From: an uncultured Candidatus Saccharibacteria bacterium
GTDB lineage: Bacteria > Patescibacteriota > Dojkabacteria > SC72
Direction: 5' to 3'
Length of the DNA stretch: 55,290 nt
Assembly (NCBI GenBank): GCA_964500025.1
Contig: CAZCMQ010000001.1
Location: 1-55,290, forward strand
Numbering within the stretch: the first letter of the stretch is position 1; each line of letters begins with the position of its first letter. This document shows positions 50,504 through 55,290 of this stretch, one piece after another. The translations under genes and the position numbers were made by a program. A model generated the notes under the pieces. That model worked only from the letters and a program-made list of their open reading frames with translations. It was not told where the DNA came from and did not search any database.

Positions 50504-50929
50504 TTAAGCTCCGTTAGTGAGAGTCAGTGTAGATGCCGGTACTGTAAATGTGCTGTTTGTTGAAACAATATCCTGTCCAAAATCAATAACTCCAACAAGT
50601 TCATCAGCCGTTGAAGCCCCTCCCCTTGATTTATAAATCACTGCTTTTCTTGCGGTGATTGTCGAAGAAGTCCATTGAACTTGACCAAACGTTAAAACCT
50701 GGACATGGTTTACTGTGTCTAATGAAGACAGAGTGCATGTTACTGTTTCTCCACCAGCGGAGTATCCAGTACCTGCCACTTCATTAGTGATATTAGATCG
50801 CCGGCTATGACTTCCCTTACTTTCAGTATAGGTTGAAGTAGTCAGCATCATCTTATAGGTGTCTGTAGTAGGGATAATGTTATTGCGGACTAGATCGCCC
50901 CAATAAGAATCATAAATAATAGAAGCCAT
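50504..50929 (-). CDS. Tail-module protein
   Basis: 141-aa packed ORF. Confidence 0.65.
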   Translation of the reverse strand: MASIIYDSYWGDLVRNNIIPTTDTYKMMLTTSTYTESKGSHSRRSNITNEVAGTGYSAGGETVTCTLSSLDTVNHVQVLTFGQVQWTSSTITARKAVIYKSRGGASTADELVGVIDFGQDIVSTNSTFTVPASTLTLTNGA

Positions 50930-51009
50930 GTTATTCCTTATCTGATAGATAAATAGTGTTGAGTGAGTCTGAGAGTCCCGTTTGCACTACCAGCAACAAT
51001 AATCACCTA

Positions 51010-51906
51010 TTAACTAACGCCGAGAACAAGCAAATAAGATGCCGTACCACCACCGCCACCACTTACAACGAAGGGACTGGAGGAGTCGGTGTCTGATCCA
51101 TCGGCGTTGGTGGAAACAATTGTTGCTGTGTATGTGTCTGGATTAACTGAGTTAAAGATATAAGAGGCGGTGAAATTGGGAGCACTGCCTGTAATAGTAG
51201 CACTGAAAGGTCCATAGTCTGTTCCTGTAGAATCGAGCTGAATAGTCGCAGTGGGTGTTGTAGGACTGGTAACGGAAACACTTACAGTCACATCTTGTCC
51301 AACAACGGAAGGACTAACTGTTCCATTGACCGGTGGTTGAGGAGACGAGGATTCAATTAATTGAAATGCATCATTCTCAATACCCGTAGTAGCTGAAACA
51401 ACCATCCCACCCCGACCTGTGGTGATCGAAGAATCAGTAATGCTGATTCTTTGCACCGTGTCGATAAACACCTTAATTGCCGTGCCGACCATAGACAGTC
51501 GAACTGTCCGGGTAGTTCCACTAGGACTATCTCCAGAATAGGAACCAATCAGAGAAGGAGAAGCACTGACATACTTGTACAGTTGCCATTGTGAAAAAGC
51601 ATTCACATAGACAACGATGTACATATTAACCGAGGACGTGGATAGGCGGCCAATAGGACCGCCGGTATCCGCTCCAGTACCATCGTGAATGATCTGACAC
51701 TCAACATCGTAGTCATTACTTGCTGGAGTAACATTCAGATAATAGATCGAAGATCCTGCAGTATTCGTCCTGACACGATTGTTTTGAATGATCGCGGAAT
51801 TACCAGCCGAAGCTATGTGATTTACCCAGGAATTTCCTTGATCAGATAAATGGGACGCTAAAGAAGTCCCATTAGTATCTGTAAATGCGTCGGTATATGT
51901 TGCCAT
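51010..51906 (-). CDS. Tail fibre-like protein
   Basis: 298 aa; C-terminal Thr/Ser-rich repeats. Confidence 0.65.
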   Translation of the reverse strand: MATYTDAFTDTNGTSLASHLSDQGNSWVNHIASAGNSAIIQNNRVRTNTAGSSIYYLNVTPASNDYDVECQIIHDGTGADTGGPIGRLSTSSVNMYIVVYVNAFSQWQLYKYVSASPSLIGSYSGDSPSGTTRTVRLSMVGTAIKVFIDTVQRISITDSSITTGRGGMVVSATTGIENDAFQLIESSSPQPPVNGTVSPSVVGQDVTVSVSVTSPTTPTATIQLDSTGTDYGPFSATITGSAPNFTASYIFNSVNPDTYTATIVSTNADGSDTDSSSPFVVSGGGGGTASYLLVLGVS

Positions 51907-54524
51907 TAGAATGTCGCCGATAAAGCGTTTTTGGGATTGGAGGTAAAGTTAAAGGAGGCCGCGGCCATCATAGTGTCAAAGTCTGGTCTGACATCACCAG
52001 CATTCGACCCGCCGGCGGCTTCTGCATAGCAGATTGCTGCTCGCTGACCGGCTGTGTATCCTCCCTCGTTATTGAACTCCATACCCCACGAAGTCTGTGG
52101 ACCGTGGAATCTGAGTGCCCATGCCCATGAACCAGACGGCACGGAGATAGCCGTACCCCCAGGAGTTGCTGCCAATCGAAATTGGCGCGATCCATTGTTT
52201 ACATCTCTCACATAGTATTTGGTATAGGAGGTAAATCCTGATGGAGCAGAGCCCCAGAAGATTGCTTCATCGTTAGCTTGGAGTGCAACCGCCCCAGCCC
52301 CACTTGTACCAAAGTCGTGAGTGAAGATTCCACCAGAACCACTCACCCCACCAATCATATAGTATTGGTCCATTGAAGTGATGATGGCAGAACCTCCTGA
52401 AGTGGTCTGTCTCATTGTTGAATTGTAGCCCGTCAGCATCCAAGTAGATGCTGAGGTTTGGTGCCACTTCCAGAACTTCACAAGATAATCTAGCATTACT
52501 TTGGCATCAGAATGTTCGGTTAGGCACCAGCCCACGGAGGCTGCTAAAAGCAAGAAGCCGATTTGCCATGGTTGTCCTACTCCGTCGTCCGCTCTAGCAT
52601 GGTAAAGACCATTGGTCTGCCAGTTCGAGTCTTTGGTGAGATTGAATGCTTTGTTATAGGTAAACTGTGTTGCGGCTAGATCATTGAAGTAACTCTTGGC
52701 GACATGAGCATCTGGGGTTAAGCCAGCAGCATAATAGATCTCTCTTAGGCCCCATGCATCTGTTCTAGCCTGAGAGGGATCATTCTGGCACACACCATAG
52801 TAGTTGACACTAGAAACTGTATAGTTTCTTTCGAAAGATGGATTGCGTGTAATAATGGCGTTGTTGCCATCTTCTTGGAGCATGTCCAGATATTGTGGTT
52901 CTGCAGAAATAATATAGGCCGGCATAGACAGAGACGGCCAGTGTGAAGTATTCCAAGAACCCTGATTGGAGTCCCAAGTTGATCCGAGAAATGTTCCACT
53001 AGGTGCAGTAAAACCATCAGCACTGTTACCACGCCAACGCATAGTCGGAGCAGCAGTTCCCATATTGGAATAAGAACTATTGTTCAGAACTGGGATTTGT
53101 TTCGTTCCTGTTCTGCGCAAACAGATGTTCATCGCTCCATGAGACAGTGCTGCTACGCGGCATGCCCGCTCGCTGTTGAGTGATTGGCCAATGAAATAGC
53201 GACTTCCCCATTCAGGAAGAATTCCAACTCCAGTGTGATAACCTGTACCATCAATGAAGGCTTCAATGGGTCCACGACTCATTGGAGCATAGCTATAGCT
53301 GCTGTCCGCTGTTGGTGAGACTGTGAAGTCATATGGAGGAACTACTCTGGTTGATCTTTGATAAGTACGATCAGGCTTGACTTGAATCGTTGCATCAGTG
53401 GAAATTGATCCAGCTACATAATCGTAGAGACCGTTTGAATCACAGGAGAACACTGAACAGAAGTGAGGCATTCTGAAGGATGATCCACCATTTAGAGAGC
53501 GTACCGTTGATCCACCATTCTTTAGAGTGGCGGTCATGGTATAGCCGTGAGTCTTAGTAGGACTATCAACATCTACCCAAGGTAGAGCAGCACGAGCTAA
53601 GTAACGGATTCCTGCCAGATTGCCTGAGCTATCTTGTAGGGCAGCCACATACCACCAACATTCCAGTTGTCCGTGATTGCTTCCGGATTGCATAAACTGC
53701 TGACGAATTCTCCAGATCTTTCCTGCTTGGCCATCACCAACGACAACTACATCATCATTGTCTGTAATGCCCTGGTTTAGAGAAGTTGTCCAAGTACCAG
53801 ACAGTCCAGAAGTACCTGCGAATTCTACCTTTAGATCCTGAGCGGAAAGATCAGAAGTTGACCTTGCAGATGCGGATTGTGATGATCCTCCATTCTTAAC
53901 ATTGATGGTTAGAGACCCACTACCACTGACAGAGCTAGGCACCTTCAGCATAAAGCCTGCAAATTTAAGAGAGCCGTCATTCCAAGTAACTGTATTCCAC
54001 ATAGTATAGGGAATATCTGTGCCGCCGGTGGTTTCGAATTTCGGATAATCTCCCGAAGCCACATCGCCTTTCTTGAAGGCATGCCCGAACATCGGAGTAA
54101 TAAAACCAGAAGGTACACTTGAACCAGAAGTATTGGCTAGAGTTAAGGTAGTTAGTTGAGATGATCCTGCTACTGCAGCTATTTGAGAACTTGCCGCACT
54201 GGTTGCATTGGCGGAACCATAGCTATTGGTTCCAGTGACTACCGCCCTTAGATAGTAGTTTTCATCTCCGGTTACCGGAACATAGGTGCTATTAGTGGCT
54301 CCGCTAATATCTGAATAAGTGCCGCCAGAAGTAGTTGCCCGCCTCCACTGATACGTATAGGTAATTGGGGGATCACCCGACCAACTGCCTGTGCTGACTG
54401 TTGATGTTTGTCCCACCTGAGCAGTTCCAGAGATTGTAGGAAGTGTGTTGTTTGATGGTGCAACTCCACCACCACCGCTTGTGGGGCGGTGTGCAGCTCT
54501 TATACGTAACCTTAGTTTAGGCAT
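51906..54524 (-). CDS. Large tail fibre/tailspike protein with N-terminal Ig-like module (YTYQW...ISGAT..TY) and large C-terminal domain
   Basis: 872-aa ORF; the motif GSWSGDPPITYTYQWRR...ISGATNSTYVPVTGDENYYLRAVVTGTNSYG is typical of Ig-like repeat modules. Confidence 0.7.
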   Translation of the reverse strand: MPKLRLRIRAAHRPTSGGGGVAPSNNTLPTISGTAQVGQTSTVSTGSWSGDPPITYTYQWRRATTSGGTYSDISGATNSTYVPVTGDENYYLRAVVTGTNSYGSANATSAASSQIAAVAGSSQLTTLTLANTSGSSVPSGFITPMFGHAFKKGDVASGDYPKFETTGGTDIPYTMWNTVTWNDGSLKFAGFMLKVPSSVSGSGSLTINVKNGGSSQSASARSTSDLSAQDLKVEFAGTSGLSGTWTTSLNQGITDNDDVVVVGDGQAGKIWRIRQQFMQSGSNHGQLECWWYVAALQDSSGNLAGIRYLARAALPWVDVDSPTKTHGYTMTATLKNGGSTVRSLNGGSSFRMPHFCSVFSCDSNGLYDYVAGSISTDATIQVKPDRTYQRSTRVVPPYDFTVSPTADSSYSYAPMSRGPIEAFIDGTGYHTGVGILPEWGSRYFIGQSLNSERACRVAALSHGAMNICLRRTGTKQIPVLNNSSYSNMGTAAPTMRWRGNSADGFTAPSGTFLGSTWDSNQGSWNTSHWPSLSMPAYIISAEPQYLDMLQEDGNNAIITRNPSFERNYTVSSVNYYGVCQNDPSQARTDAWGLREIYYAAGLTPDAHVAKSYFNDLAATQFTYNKAFNLTKDSNWQTNGLYHARADDGVGQPWQIGFLLLAASVGWCLTEHSDAKVMLDYLVKFWKWHQTSASTWMLTGYNSTMRQTTSGGSAIITSMDQYYMIGGVSGSGGIFTHDFGTSGAGAVALQANDEAIFWGSAPSGFTSYTKYYVRDVNNGSRQFRLAATPGGTAISVPSGSWAWALRFHGPQTSWGMEFNNEGGYTAGQRAAICYAEAAGGSNAGDVRPDFDTMMAAASFNFTSNPKNALSATF

Positions 54525-55290
54525 TATGTGTATCCCAGATTAACCGTTACCTCGCTGGCAGCAACGCCAGTTGTGTTATTGTCTGCAATTCCCGTTGTGA
54601 TCCGAAGAGCAATTCCAGTAGAGAAGTTTAATCCATTAGGGAAATTTAGAGTTCGACCAGCGCCTGCGGTGTTTCCTGGGATAATATATCGTTGAACAGG
54701 AGTATCAGAACTGGATGGATTTGTGGCCATATTGTATAGTTTCAGAACACAATAAGCCGCATTAATATTACCCACATCCACATTGTACAGAACTCCTGCA
54801 GATGCTTTCACGACAGCCTGATCTTGACTAGTTCCAACGGAGATTTTACTATAGGCCGTTGAGGCTGGGATAATAGTAGAATCATCTGTTGCAATTGTTA
54901 CTCGCTGAACACCATTGCCATTTGCTCCAGAACCAGTAGCAATTGTGTTGCCGTTGATCTGGGTGTTGTTGACAGATTGGTTAGCAGTCAGAGCACCAAT
55001 AGTATTGGAGCCTGTCTGTAGAGTAGCCTGGACCGCGAAGGTACCAGCATTGGTAACTTGATGTGAAGGAACTGAAGCCAGAGATACTGGTAGTGTGGTG
55101 ATAGCAGAAGTGCCATCTGAAAGCCGCACAAATACTGGGGTACCAACAGGGGCGTCGACAGTAAGAGAACCGCTATTATCCGTTACTGCTACCGTACCAG
55201 ATACTCCAACAGTGCCATCAACGGTAATAGAACCACCACCGTCTTGAACAGTAACTGTTCCATCAACAGTTAAAGATCCTCCATTATCTG
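54524..55290 (-). CDS. C-terminal part of the junction-spanning repeat/fibre-like protein
   Basis: The frame is open to the right window edge; the GTG 'start' at 55129 in the ORF track is internal (..SLTVDAPVGTPVFVRLSDGTS..). Confidence 0.8.
   Translation of the reverse strand, partial: DNGGSLTVDGTVTVQDGGGSITVDGTVGVSGTVAVTDNSGSLTVDAPVGTPVFVRLSDGTSAITTLPVSLASVPSHQVTNAGTFAVQATLQTGSNTIGALTANQSVNNTQINGNTIATGSGANGNGVQRVTIATDDSTIIPASTAYSKISVGTSQDQAVVKASAGVLYNVDVGNINAAYCVLKLYNMATNPSSSDTPVQRYIIPGNTAGAGRTLNFPNGLNFSTGIALRITTGIADNNTTGVAASEVTVNLGYT
55236..55290. repeat. Terminal overlap copy 2 (identical to 1-55)
   Basis: Exact 55-nt identity with the window start. Confidence 0.95.

Noticed and set aside
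48149-55290. Diversity-generating retroelement (suspected because the structural block resembles phages known to carry DGRs)
   Set aside because: No reverse transcriptase ORF exists anywhere in the genome. I also found no template/variable repeat pair near the fibre gene 3' ends.
1-55290. CRISPR arrays, tRNA/rRNA genes, integrase or repressor lysogeny module, transposases
   Set aside because: I found none of the following: regularly spaced direct repeats; T-arm/acceptor-type tRNA signatures in the few intergenic regions; tyrosine or serine recombinase or transposase-like ORFs. The genome looks strictly lytic.

Overview
The window is a complete, circularly closed phage genome. Bases 1-55 are identical to 55236-55290, so the unique length is 55235 nt, and a minus-strand gene reads in frame across the junction. 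No integrase, repressor module, tRNA, rRNA or CRISPR array was seen.

The genome has two arms that diverge from a control region at about 8570-8660.

(1) Leftward morphogenesis/late arm, on the minus strand (8569->413, across the junction, then 55235->37262). It encodes small and large terminase, a P22-sized portal with a Q-rich C-terminal tail, a GroES-like co-chaperonin, scaffold, major capsid, a P22 gp4-like adaptor, a fibre/depolymerase-like block, Gly/Gln-rich internal proteins, a 1610-aa giant protein and a T4-type lysozyme.

(2) Rightward early/replication arm, on the plus strand (about 8650->37234). It holds many small ORFs and an amidoligase / ATP-grasp / glutamine-amidotransferase cluster. 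It also encodes dCMP deaminase, primase, DnaB-like helicase, a family A DNA polymerase broken into two frames, SSB, a ThyX-like protein, two phosphatases, FEN-type exonuclease, two HNH endonucleases, a PD-(D/E)xK resolvase-like nuclease, a holin and class II RNR. The two arms end at a shared bidirectional terminator at about 37241-37261.

Most unusual features:
- (a) An abruptly GC-rich island of about 3 kb (about 8650-11650) at the start of the early arm. It is punctuated by copies of a TAACAT-NN-ATGTTA palindrome and other short repeats, and it contains long non-coding stretches.
- (b) A near-consensus promoter driving an ORF-poor, GC-enriched, helix-rich segment of about 350 nt (23655-23999). 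Directly downstream is an overlapping AbrB/SpoVT-like plus mini-GNAT gene pair.
- (c) The amidoligase cluster, with an adjacent lipoyl-like barrel protein in which the modifiable Lys position is Cys.
- (d) A ThyX homologue lacking the RHR signature.
- (e) Recoding or indel candidates in the polymerase and in a metallophosphatase whose catalytic N-terminus precedes any canonical start codon.

All functional calls rest on motif recognition by eye, without database searches.
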